Shown: positions 13,020 through 24,000 of the stretch, in pieces
How positions within the stretch are numbered: position 1 is the stretch's first letter
How the letters are laid out: each line of letters begins with the position of its first letter
From: Hemiscyllium ocellatum
Taxonomy: Eukaryota
Length of the DNA stretch: 64,000 bases
Direction of reading: 5' to 3'
Assembly: GCF_020745735.1 (NCBI RefSeq)
Contig: NC_083411.1
Location: forward strand, 17,505,263 to 17,569,262
Program-made: the position numbers and the translations under genes
Notes under the pieces: model-generated
What the model was told of the DNA's origin: nothing
Database searches by the model: none
What the model saw: the letters and a program-made list of their open reading frames with translations, nothing else

Positions 13020-16000
13020 TATGGTATGACATTTCAAGTGTTCATCTAAATAGTTCCTAAATGTCTTTATAATGCTTCCCACCTCTAGCACCTTTCAGGC
13101 AGTGAATATCAGACCTCAAATCCCCTCTAGCCTCACACTTCTTACCTTAAAACTGCGCTCCCAGGATATTGACCCCTCTACTGAGGGAGAAATACCTCCC
13201 CTAACCTCCCTATATTTAACAATTTACATAGTTATCTAATTGCTTTTTATAGCTGAAATGTTCCTGCTCAGGCAACATCCTAATGTTCTTCTGCACCTTT
13301 TCTAGTGCAATCACACTCCTCCCATGGTTTGACAACCGAACTATACATAGTACTCCAACTATGGTCTATCTAATGTTATAATACAGGCCCGCCAGAACTT
13401 CCTTGCTCTTGTATTCAATGCCTTGACCAATAAAGGCAAGTATCCCATATGCCTTTTTAGCCATCATTTTTAACCTACCCTGCTGACTTCAAAAATCTAT
13501 GAACCCGCACCACAAGGTCTCTTTGCTCTGCCACATCAGCCAGAACCTATCATTAAGTGTATAAGTCCTACCTTGATTTGCCTTAGCAAAATGCAACAGC
13601 TCGCAAAGAAGACTGATGTAAACATAGCAGTGGACATTGTTGATATGAACATCAAGGTTCTGTGAGGTAGACTGATTAGACGAGATCAGATCACATGGGA
13701 TCCAGGGAGAGCTAGCCATTTGGAAACAAAATTGGCTTGAAGGTAGATGACAGAGGGTGGTGGTGCATGGTTGTTTTTGGGACTGGACGCTTGTGACCAA
13801 CGGGTGTACTGCAAGGATCAGTGCTGGGTACACCGCCTTTTGTCATTTATATAAATAATTTGGATATGAATGTAGGAGGTATGGTTAGTAAATTTGCAGA
13901 TGACACAAAAATTGGTGGTGTACTGGACAGCAAAGAAGGTTATCTCAAAGTACAATTGGACCTTGATCAGATGGGCTGATGGGCTAAGGAGTGGCAGATG
14001 GAGTTTAATCTAGATAAATGTGAGGTGCTACATTTTGGTAAGGCAAATCAGAGTAAGACCAATACATGTATGCAGATGGACTTTATTCGAGATAAAGAGG
14101 GCTGAGCGGTAGACGTGATCTATATGGACTTCAGTAAGGTGTTTGACAAGGTTCCTCGTGGTAGACTAGTAGCCATTTGGATATAGAAGTGGCTCAAAGG
14201 TAGCGGACAGAGGGTGGTGGTAGAGGGTTGCTTTTAGACTGGAGGCCAGTGACCACTGGTGTGCCACAAGGATCGGTGCTGGGTCCACTGCATTTCATCA
14301 TTTATATGCAAGATTTGGATGTGAACATAGAGGGGATAGTTAGTAAATTTGCAGATGACATCAAAATTGGAGGTATAGTGGACAGTACCTCAGAGTGCAA
14401 CAGGATTTTGATCATATGGGCTAATGGGCTGAGGAGTGGAGATAGAGTTTATAGACTCATAGAGTCATAAAGATGTACAGCACAGAAACAGACCCTTCGG
14501 TCCAACTCATCCGTGCTGACCAGCTATCCCAACCCAATCTAGTCCCACCTGCCAGCACCTGGCCCATATCCCTCCAAACCCTTCCTATTCATATACGCAT
14601 CCAGTTGCAATTGTACTAACCTCCACCACATCCTCTGGCAGCTCATTCCATACACATACCACCCTCTGAGTGAAAAAGTTGCTCTTAGGTCTCTATTCTG
14701 TCTTTCCCCTCTAACCCTAAAACTATACCCTCTAGTTCTGCATTCCCCGACCCCAGGGAAAAGACTTTGTCTATTTATCCTATCCATGCCCCTCATATTT
14801 TTGTAAACCTCTATAAAGTCACACTCAGCCTCCGACGCTCCAGGGAAAGCAGCCCTAGCCTATTCAACAGCTCCCTATAGCTCAAATCCACGAACCCTGG
14901 CAACATCCTTGTAAATCTTTTCTGAATCCTTTCAAGGTTCACAATATCTTTCTGATAGGAAGGAGACCAGAATTGCATGCAATATTCCAACAGTGGCCTA
15001 ACCAATGTCCTGTACAGTCACAACATAACCTCCCAACGCCTGTACTCAATACTCTGACCAATAAAGGAAAGCCTATCAAATGCCTTTTTCACTATCCTAT
15101 CTACCTGTGACTCCACTTTCAAGGAGCTATAAACCTGTACTCCAAGATCTCTTTGTTGAGCAACACTTCTCAGGATCTTACCATTAAGTGTATAAGTCCT
15201 GCTCTGATTCGCTTTTCCAAAATGCAACACAACACATTTACCTAAATTATAGTTAGTAAGTTTGCTGATGACACCTAAATTGGAGGTGTAGTGGACAGTG
15301 AAGAAGGTTACCTCATATTACAATGGGATCTTGATCAGATGGGCCAATAGACTCCTGGTGAAGGACTTTTGCCCAATACGTTGATTTTCCTGCTGTTCGG
15401 ACCTGCTGTGCTTTTCCAGCACCATGCTTATGACTTTATTGGTCAATGCATTAAGTACAGGGGTTGGGAGGTCATATTCTGGCTGTGCAGGACATTAAGT
15501 AGGACACGTTTGCAATACTGTATTCAGTTCTGGTCTCCCTGCTATAAGAAACATATTTTAAAACTTGAAAGGGTTCAGGAAAGATTTACAACAATATTGC
15601 TAGGATTGGAGGGTTTGAGAGGCTGAACAGGCTGGAGCTATTTTTCCTAGAGTATCAGAGCTGAAGGGTGACTTTATAGAGGACTATAAAATAATGAGGG
15701 GCATGGATAGGGTGAATAATCTTTTCTCGAGAGAAGGGGAGTCCAAAACTAGAAGGCATAGATTTAAGGTGAGAGGGGAAAGATTTAAAAGGGATATAAG
15801 GGACAACTTTTTCATGCAGAGCTTATTCCTGACGAAGGGCTTATGCCGAAATATCGATTCTCCTGCTCCTCGGATGCTGCCTGAACTGCTATGCTTTCCT
15901 AGCACCGCAGTCTCAACCTAGAGGATATGGGCCAAATACTGGCAAATAGGACTAGCTAGATTATTTTAGGATATCAGATCTGCATGGACAAAGAGTCTGT

Positions 16001-16920
16001 TTCCATGCTGTACATCTTTGACTCTATGACTCAATGAGTGACACCAAAATTGGTGGTCTAGTGGTCGATGAAGATGGCTGTCTCAGAGTACAATGGGACC
16101 TTGATCAGATGGGCCAATGGGCCGAGGAGTGGCAGATTGAGGTTAATTTAAGTGTGAGATGATGTATTTTGGTAAGGTTAATCAGGGTGGAATTTATACA
16201 CTTACCGGGAGGGTCCTGGGGAATGTTGCTGAGCAAACAAATCTTAAGGTGCAGGTTCATAGTTCCTTGAAGGTGGAGTTGCAGGTAAACAGGATAGTGA
16301 AGATGTTTCCTATGCTTGCTTTCTTGGTCAGTTCATGGAGTATAGGAGTTGGGAGGTCATATTGCAGCTGTACAGGACATTGATGAGGCCACTTTTGGAA
16401 TACTGTATTCAATTCTGGTCTCCCTGCTGTAATAAATGTGTTGTTAAACTTGAAAGGGTGCAGAAAAGATTTTCAAGAATGTTGCTGAGGTTGGAGGGTT
16501 TGAACTATAGGGAAAGGCTGAATAGATTAGGACTATTTTCCCTGGTTGAGGGGTGAATTTGTAGAGAGCTATAAAAAGAGCATGGATACGGTGAATCCAA
16601 GGTTTTTTTCCAAGGTGGGGGAACTCCAAAACTAGACTCTATAGATTTAAGGTGAGACTGGAAAAATTGAAAAAGGACCTAAGAGGCAACATTTTCACTC
16701 AGAGGACGGTGAGTGTATGGAATGAGCTGCCAGAGGAATTGTTGGAGGCTGATCCAATAGTAACACATGAAAGGCATCTGGATGGGTACATGAACAGGAG
16801 GAGGTAAGATGGATATGGGCCAAATGCTGGCAATTGGGACAAGATCAATTTAGGATTGCTGGTCGGCATGGACGAATTGGGCCGGTGTCCGTTTCCCACG
16901 CTGTATGACTCTATGACTCG
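13020..16920. mobile_element. Cluster of nested CR1 fragments in both orientations
   Basis: RT motifs DFSKVFDKVP, GVPQGSVLGP and KFADDTK. Minus copy 14455-15250; plus copies 13620-14450, 15250-16035 and 16040-16920; family A inserts at about 15355 and 15826. Confidence 0.85.
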
Positions 16921-17660
16921 TTCGTTTTATTTCCTTTTTTTTTAACTCTCTGCCTTACTCGTTGCAACGTTCTTTCTACCTTGTGAAGTCTGAACATCTG
17001 CATATGATCAATAACAAATAAACTTGCAGCAAGTCTGTAGAACAACGGATGTGCGCATCTGAAGAGATACGTTTGATTTTATAATTACTTAATTTCAAAC
17101 CGGATTCTTCTCCCTGTTCGATTAATAAATAGTGCAATCAGACCTTTACTTGTTCCATAGCGAACTTTCTAAACATATCTCTATTAAAATTATAAATCAA
17201 ATCTGTTTCAGAAGTCTGACCGTACTTCTATTTGGTGCGGTGAAGGTTTATTTCGAAGTTACTTCCCGTTATGAGGACTGCACGTGTGTTTATTTTTAAA
17301 AATATGTGAAATTTCAATTCTGTTTTAGGCAGATTTTTTTTCTCAAAAACTCGTGACTGAGTTTCACTTTTAAGAAGTCGACGCAGCAGATGATTTTAAC
17401 GTTACTTGTCGGGAATCGGGGAAGATCGGAAGTCCAGTCAGCAGCAGCAGCAAGGGGTGGTGTGTAGATAGGAGGCAGGAGAAACATTCCCTGGAGTTCA
17501 GGAGAGGTTGGCTTGGAGACATTCAGGTGCTCTATTGGTTGTGTACATTTTATATGTGTCTCCAAGGAAGTTCCACGGGGGCGTGGAGTCCGTATAGGGC
17601 ACAGAGGACAGCAGCTTTCTGTATTACTTCATCACAGAGTGAGAGAGAGAGCAGCTCGGG

Positions 17661-18677
17661 ATGTTTGAGAAGCTCGGCGAGTTGACCCACAGCCGGTTCC
17701 TGGGGGAGGCCAGCCCGCCGCAGGAGAAGCCGAGCCCCCCCGCCTCGGCTTGCAGCGGGAGCCGCGAGGGGCTGAGCTACAGCGCGGTCCTGGAGGATGT
17801 GAACCGCCTGTCCCGCCTGCTGGGCCGCTTCTTGAAGACGGCGGAAAGCGCCGGCGTAAAACCGGCGGAGAGCTTCCCGCTCAGGCGGCGGGCGGAGGCC
17901 GGCCGGGGCTCGCTCAGGAAGCGGGAGAGCTTCAGGTCGGAGGCGGGCGCCAGGAGGAAGGGCCTGAGGGAGTTGATGCTCCGCGATGGCTGGGGCGGCT
18001 TGGGCGGGATGTGGAGCGCCCACAGCGGCGGGAGGAGGGAACAGCAGGAGGAGGAGGAGGAGCAGGCGGAGAGGGCGCCCCTGTCATCCCCCGGCTCGCC
18101 AGGAGAGGCGCTGGAGTCCCGGGAACACGAGTGGGCGCTGGCGCTGGCGGCCGGGGACTGGGAGGTGATGGAGGCGCTGCTGCTGCAGGAGCCCGCCTTG
18201 CTGAACCACAGGGAGTTTGTGAGCGGCCTGACCGCCGCCCACTGGCTGGCCAAGCGCGGCGACCACCACGGCTTGACGAAGCTGGCGCGGCTGGCGCAGA
18301 GCCGCGGCTGGAGCCTGGACCTGAACGCCCGGGCGGCGGGCGGCGGCTACACCGCCCTGCACCTGGCCGCGATGCAGGGCCACCCCATGGTCATCAAGCT
18401 GCTGGTGGGCGCCTACGACGCGGACGTCGACATCCGAGACTACCGCGGCCGCAAAGCCTGGCAGTACCTGGCCGGCGAGACCCCCGCGCCGCTCCGGCAG
18501 CTGGCCGGCGCTCAGGAGCAGGAGGAGCCGCAACCTCCCCGGCAAGCCCCGGCCCCGCACAGACAGCACGACAGTCCCACCAAGAACCGCGAATTCTCCC
18601 TGATCCCCTCAGTGCACCGGCTCCTGAAACTATCCTCCTGGCAGCGAGAGAAGCCAGAAAAGGCTGACTCCAGGTAG
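17661..18677 (+). CDS. SOWAHD: Ankyrin repeat protein SOWAHD (sosondowah D), intronless, 338 aa
   Basis: GC-rich single-exon ORF with an in-frame upstream TGA at 17640. SOWAH-family motifs EHEW, EFVSGLTAAHWLAKRG, GYTALHLAAMQGH and DVDIRDYRGRKAWQYL. Paralog D assigned by synteny with SEPT6, UPF3B and NDUFA1. Confidence 0.92.
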   Translation: MFEKLGELTHSRFLGEASPPQEKPSPPASACSGSREGLSYSAVLEDVNRLSRLLGRFLKTAESAGVKPAESFPLRRRAEAGRGSLRKRESFRSEAGARRKGLRELMLRDGWGGLGGMWSAHSGGRREQQEEEEEQAERAPLSSPGSPGEALESREHEWALALAAGDWEVMEALLLQEPALLNHREFVSGLTAAHWLAKRGDHHGLTKLARLAQSRGWSLDLNARAAGGGYTALHLAAMQGHPMVIKLLVGAYDADVDIRDYRGRKAWQYLAGETPAPLRQLAGAQEQEEPQPPRQAPAPHRQHDSPTKNREFSLIPSVHRLLKLSSWQREKPEKADSR

Positions 18678-18681
18678 AATC

Positions 18682-18751
18682 AGAGAGTGGTGCTGGAAAA
18701 GCACAGCAGGTCAGGCAGCATCTGAGGAGCAGGAGCCCTTCATCAGCAATT
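18682..18751 (-). mobile_element. PLE-terminus insertion (family A) abutting the SOWAHD stop
   Basis: AGAGTGGTGCTGGAAAAGCACAGCAGGTCAGGCAGCATC...GCCCTTCATCAG; 12/14 direct repeat at 18668-18681 and 18752-18765. Confidence 0.75.
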
Positions 18752-19692
18752 CTTCAGGTCGAATCCACCTGTGGAGGGACACTCGAACTTTAGATCTCAG
18801 ATTCCCCCCCCTCCCATCAATACTACAGAGAGCTGCAGGCAGTATCTTTCAGTATCTGAAGAAGGGTCACCGGACTGAGAACCTTTCTGTCTCGCAGATG
18901 CTGCCAGATCTGCTGAGTTTGTCCAACAATTTTCTTTTTTGTTTCGCTGTGTGATCAACTGGCCTTGGTCGCCTGGTTTTCCAAAAGTCAAGACGAAACA
19001 TTGCGGATGCTGGAAATCTGAGTTTTTTAAAAAAAGCTGAAAAATGCTGGAGAAATTCAGCGGGTCAGGCGGGGAGAATAAGTTAACGCTAAGGAACTGC
19101 TGTCACAGAATCAACATCACTGTAATACCAATTCCTTTAAAACCCATATAGAACTTTCCACGCCGTTACTACCCGAGCTGTTAAGTTTTCCAGCACTTTT
19201 TTATTATATTTTTTAAAAAGTACTTTGTTCTTAAACTCGAAGACAATTTCATAACATGACCTCTAATATTCGGTACGTTTTCATTTTATAATTGTAATCA
19301 AGTTCCTTTGTGGGAATTTTTTTTTTGACTTGAGTGTATTGACGAGAGAATGCCCGAACGTGTTTTGACAAATGCGGGTGAACTCGGGGCAAAGTGTTCA
19401 TTTCAAACTCTCCCTCATCCTGTCGAAATGTAACTGTAATTGAAGTAACACTTCATATTTCTGATACTGATTTTTGATGTAGTTTTATGAGATCGAACTG
19501 TTTGTATTTTGGTCGGTATGTTATGTCATCAGAAGCAGAGTTGATGGATCAGATTGTAAGATGATCCTGCCTTAACCAGTGTACCATAAACAGGTATTGT
19601 CAGTACAATTCTCAAAACATGATTTGTTTAACCGCTCAGGTGATGTGAAGATTTAGATTATATTTTTAACCTTGAGACCGGTTATTACTGTG

Positions 19693-19844
19693 GGGAAAAA
19701 GCAAATTACTGCGAATGCTGGAATGTGAAACCAAAAGAGAAAATGCTGGAAAATCCCCGCAGGTCCGGCAGCATCTGTAAGGAGAGAACAGACTCGAAAC
19801 GTCAGCTCTAACTGACCCTTTGTCAAAGCTTTGTCGAGCTGTGG
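19693..19844 (-). mobile_element. PLE-terminus insertion (family C) with an internal 20-bp inversion
   Basis: TSD TATTACTGTG at 19683-19692 and 19845-19854; related to family B termini. Confidence 0.68.
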
Positions 19845-19929
19845 TATTACTGTGAAAATACTGTTTTGAGTCATTTTTGTTGCTTCTGTGAACTAATGTT
19901 TGGTATGAAAATCAGCATTAATAATAGGC

Positions 19930-19993
19930 AATAAAAGTAGCCAGATACTGCGAACACGAATACAAGACATTGTGATTTTTTTTCGAGAATAAA
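19930..19993 (+). terminator. Candidate SOWAHD polyadenylation signals
   Basis: AATAAA at 19930-19935 and 19988-19993, about 1.3 kb after the stop codon. Confidence 0.45.
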
Positions 19994-20902
19994 ATTTGAC
20001 TGTACTACAACAAATGCTTTAAAATTAACTTTTCAGTGTAGGCTGTTACTTGTTTTCAACATCTATTGAGAAAACTGTGGTGTCTGGATGCAAATCAAAT
20101 GTGAACTATGTTTAAATGTCCGTGAACATATTCTCCTCGCATATTCCACAGCTTTTTGCTGTGAATTTTGACTTCATACAATTCAGATCATAAACATCAC
20201 CTCTATTTTCCTTACAAGTTATATATTCCAGTGACTGAGGAGGGGACATAGTTTCGGCTGTTAGTTGTAGTCTCTTCCTTAAAAACAGAATTCAGTAAAA
20301 GGGCTGTGCATGAGTGCTCTTCATGTGACTGATGCATGACGGCTTGTTTCCAATTCCAAGTCTTTTATTTCCATATGGACTTCCTGCATTTTCAATTTCC
20401 ATCCTATTCCCCATTCCTTTGGGTGCATCTTTCCTGTGCTTTCACCCCATTGGCGGGCTACAGGCTGTTTTGAGCCTTCATTGTCTTTTTCCCTAAATTA
20501 CTGTAGTATCACTTTGGATAGGAAGGGTCTAGATGGATATGGGCCAGGTGCTGGCAAATGGAACCCGTCGGTATGAACGAGTTGGACCGAAAGATCTGTT
20601 TCCGAGCTGTACATCTCTTGACTGTATTCTCGATTGAGCAAATATCGGCTTTTTTTCTCTCCAACTGATTAACAACTCTGTAGTTTACTTGTCCCACTGG
20701 TTAACCCTGTTTTAGTCCTGATGTGGTGAACACCTGGAAAGTTAACTTGCTCGTTTCAGCCACTGAAAGACTTGCAGTGTACTTCCAGAATTTTTTAAAA
20801 CTTGTACATTCACAGTATCTATATTTTTCTATCTATAGACTGGCTCACTGATGTGTTCGTCACAAGTAGTTTTAGTCAGGAGAAAAAAACAGTGATTAGT
20901 CA

Positions 20903-21200
20903 GGGGCTGTACAGTGGCTCAGTGGTTAACACTGCCTTCATAGCGCCAGGGACCCACACTCGATTCCAGCCTAGGGCTCACTCTGTGGAGTTTGCACATT
21001 CTCCCCGTACCTGCGCCGGTTTCCTCTTCCAGTCCAAAGATGTACAGGTTAGGTGGATTGGCCGTGCTAAATTGCCCATGGTGGGCAAACTGGCTGGATT
21101 AACTCTGGGAAATGAGGGGTGGAGTGGAGGTGGAGGCGGGTGGGAATGCACTTCGGAGGTCGGTAAAGGCTCGATGGGCTGAATGGCCTCTCCGCAGTAT
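20903..21200 (+). mobile_element. tRNA-derived SINE (HE1/V-SINE-like)
   Basis: GTGGCTCAGTGGTTAAC...CGATTCC plus the same core. Confidence 0.78.
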
Positions 21201-21235
21201 AAGGAGAAATTTTAACCAGACATCGGAAGCACAAT

Positions 21236-21370
21236 AGGCAAAAGTGAGGACTGCAGATGCTGGAAATCAGAGTCTAGAGTAGAGTGGTGCTAGAAAAAAC
21301 ACAGCAGGTCAGGCAGCATCCCAGAAGCAGGAAAATCGACGTTTCGAGCAAAAGCCCTTCATCAGGAATG
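21236..21370 (-). mobile_element. PLE-terminus insertion (family A)
   Basis: Full family A terminus from the hammerhead core to ...GTCCTCACTTTTGCC. Confidence 0.72.
21334..21369 (-). ncRNA. Minimal hammerhead ribozyme motif (family A)
   Basis: AUUC-CUGAUGA-A-GGGC(UUUU)GCUC-GAAA-CG-UC^GAUU on the minus strand. Confidence 0.7.
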
Positions 21371-22454
21371 AATTGTTCAGCATTTCTCACTCTAATTGGA
21401 CAATTTGTACAGTGTGTTCCAGTTCTTTTTTATTGGGTATTTTGTTACTGTGAAGAAATCCAGATTTCCCTAAGTAGTGGATTTACCATCGTTAGCATTC
21501 ATCGTGATATAACGGAGTAATTATTTCAATAGCTAGAGTAACAAATTTACATTGTAGCAACTGATAGTTGTATTTCAAGTTCCAGTAATACAGTAATGTT
21601 GAATAGCTTTGCTAATTCTTCTCGGGTTGTTTGCAGGTCAATACGTAACTCTCTCAAGTAGAGGAACGGCTGTTCATCTGTTAAATCAGTTGGGGGTGGG
21701 GAAAGGAATCAGCTTTCTGAAGATTTGAGTGGTTAAGCGGTTTTAGGCCAGCAGGGAATTTTGTAAACCAGGTTAGAGAGTGAACTAGATTTTTATTTGA
21801 TGGTTGCAACCACAAATTGCTATGAAATTTACACAATCCAAATCCAATTTGCAATTGCACGCTGACTTTGCATGTACACTGCAAATTTTAGTGACAGTGC
21901 AACGGGAAATTACTTAGCTAACGCCAAATCTGTGTTGTTAGTACATGCTAGGGGTGTCACTGCTTCACGGGGTTACTGTCCCAGTCTGTAATTTAAAAAT
22001 TTCCACCCGTGTTATGCTATTGATTTTGAATCACTGGCCGTGATAATTATGAATATATATTGTGTGTAGTGTTAATTAGACTAGATTCTGCTATATCAAG
22101 AGTATTAGTATGAACTGAGAACTGTTACTTATAATATTACACTGGAGACCAGACAAATAACATTATATTTGTATATTGTCATGACTGTAATAATAGTGAT
22201 TCTTACAGTACTTCACATGAGCATTGCAAGACAGGCACAGTGCTACGGAAGGTGATCTTATGGCAAGTGTCAAAAACTTGCTTAAAGAGAGAGGTTTTTA
22301 AGGAGCATCGTAAAGAGTTACGATGGAGATAAGTAATAAAGAGATAGGGAAATAATTCTAAGGCTTTGGGGCTAAAGCAACCGAAGGAACAGTTATTAAT
22401 GACAAAGTGATTAAAATTAAGGCGACCTAATAGGCCAGAATTGGAGGAACCAAA

Positions 22455-22985
22455 AGTACTGCAGATGCTGGAAATCAGAAACAATAACAGAAATTACTGG
22501 AAAAGCTCAGCAGGTCTGGCAGCATCAGAGTTAATGTTTCGGGTCTAGTGACCCTTCCTCAGAACCGATGCTAGCTAGGAAAATGTCAATTCTTTTGCAG
22601 AAGCTCGGGTAAGGGGAAGGGGTAGGAAGTAAATGATAGGTGGGGATAGAGCCCAAAGAGAAAAGAACAGTTGGACAGACAAAGGGTCGATAATAATCTG
22701 GCTAGAATGGTGAATAGCTGTTAGTGGCTGACTGTTAGTGGTACCTGGTAGTGCGTAATGATAGATGATGTGATAATAAAGCCTGGAGTGTGGGGTTGGG
22801 GGCTAGGACTCAGTGGAGTTCATACCCTAAAATTATTGAACTCTATATTGAGTCCGGGTTCCCAAGCAGTAAATGAAATGTTGTTCCTCCAGCTTGCGCT
22901 GAGCTTCACTGGAGCATTACAGCAAGCCTGAGACAGAGATGTTAGTGTGTTAAAGTGGCAGGCAACTGGAAGCTCAGGGTCCCCT
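22455..22985 (-). mobile_element. Penelope-like element 3' remnant (GIY-YIG C-terminus, 3'UTR, family B hammerhead)
   Basis: Decayed PVACHFN...EAQRKLEEQHFIYCLG...GLNIEFNNFR followed by the terminal hammerhead motif. Confidence 0.7.
22530..22565 (-). ncRNA. Minimal hammerhead ribozyme motif (family B) at the 3' end of a PLE remnant
   Basis: GUU-CUGAGGA-A-GGGUC(ACUA)GACCC-GAAA-CA-UU^AAC. More decayed relatives lie near 5895-5925, 8497-8530, 18856-18880, 26180-26215 and 60177-60210. Confidence 0.65.
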
Positions 22986-22989
22986 AACC

Positions 22990-24000
22990 CCACATAATTC
23001 ACTTCCACTTCCTTCCAAACATCTACAAACAGGACTGAACTACAACAGCAACCACCCAAACACACACAAGAGAAGCTGCATTAGGACTCTGTTCAAAAGG
23101 GCTACAACACACTGCAGCACTCCTGACCTAAGAAGGGAAGAAGAAGAACACCTCTACAGATTATTCGCCAAGAACAGATATCCCTGCAACTTCACCTACA
23201 GATGTCTCACAAACAAACAAGGACATGCCACGACCTAACTCTCTAGCCATGCTACCTTACATAAAACAGTGTATCGGAACTGACAGCAAGACTTCTCCAA
23301 CCACTGGGATTCATGACAGCCCATAAACCAACAGCCACTCTTAGGCAACAACTCACCAGGACTAAAGACTCCTACGCCCAGCATGTGCAAGATGAACACA
23401 ATTTACATTCCTGATGAAGGGCTCTGGCCCGAAACGTCGAATTTCCTGTTCCTTGGATGCTGCCTGACCTACTGTGCTTTAACCAGCAACACATTTTCAG
23501 CTCTGATCTCCAGCATCTGCAGACTTCACTTTTTACTCGAACAATTTACAGGATTCCACACAAAGACTGGAAGAAACACTATACAGTATAGGACAACCAG
23601 GTAGACAACTAGCAATCCACATCCGTGAACACCAACTCACCACTAAATGCCACGACCACCTGTCCCTACTATCTACACACACACACACACACACACAATA
23701 CAACGATTACAGGACAAGCCAGCAGAGGCCAGAGAATTCCTCAAAGCATAGCACTCATCCACAGACTCCATTGACAAATACATAAACCCAGACCAAATAT
23801 GCCAGCCACGACAATGAATAACTGGAAGCAGCAGGAACAGAACCAAATAAATTCCAGAAGGCAGAGTACAACAGCGCTTCACAGAAGGCTCCAAAGCACT
23901 CAATATGGCACCTAGACAGGAAACAAAATGTCTGAAAAATCAACGTACATACTCACAACTATGATACTTGAGCTACAAATCTCTACGTGAGCCTTGAATA
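22990..24000 (+). mobile_element. Penelope-like element remnant (RT thumb plus GIY-YIG endonuclease)
   Basis: Decayed LNYNSNHP...HKRSCIRTLFKRATTHCS and YRIP...IGQ.GRQLAIHIREHQ; interrupted by a family A insertion 23408-23540 (TSD ACAATTTACA). Confidence 0.8.
23407..23442 (+). ncRNA. Minimal type I hammerhead ribozyme motif (family A, best-preserved copy)
   Basis: AUUC-CUGAUGA-A-GGGC(UCUG)GCCC-GAAA-CG-UC^GAAU: 4-bp stem I, 4-bp stem II, palindromic ACGU mini stem III; predicted cut after 23438. Confidence 0.8.

Noticed and set aside
17550-18667. Long alternative-frame and antisense ORFs over SOWAHD (305, 161, 158 and 157 aa)
   Set aside because: Expected stop-codon scarcity in very GC-rich coding DNA; low-complexity G/A/R/P products; the 305-aa ORF starts at TTG.
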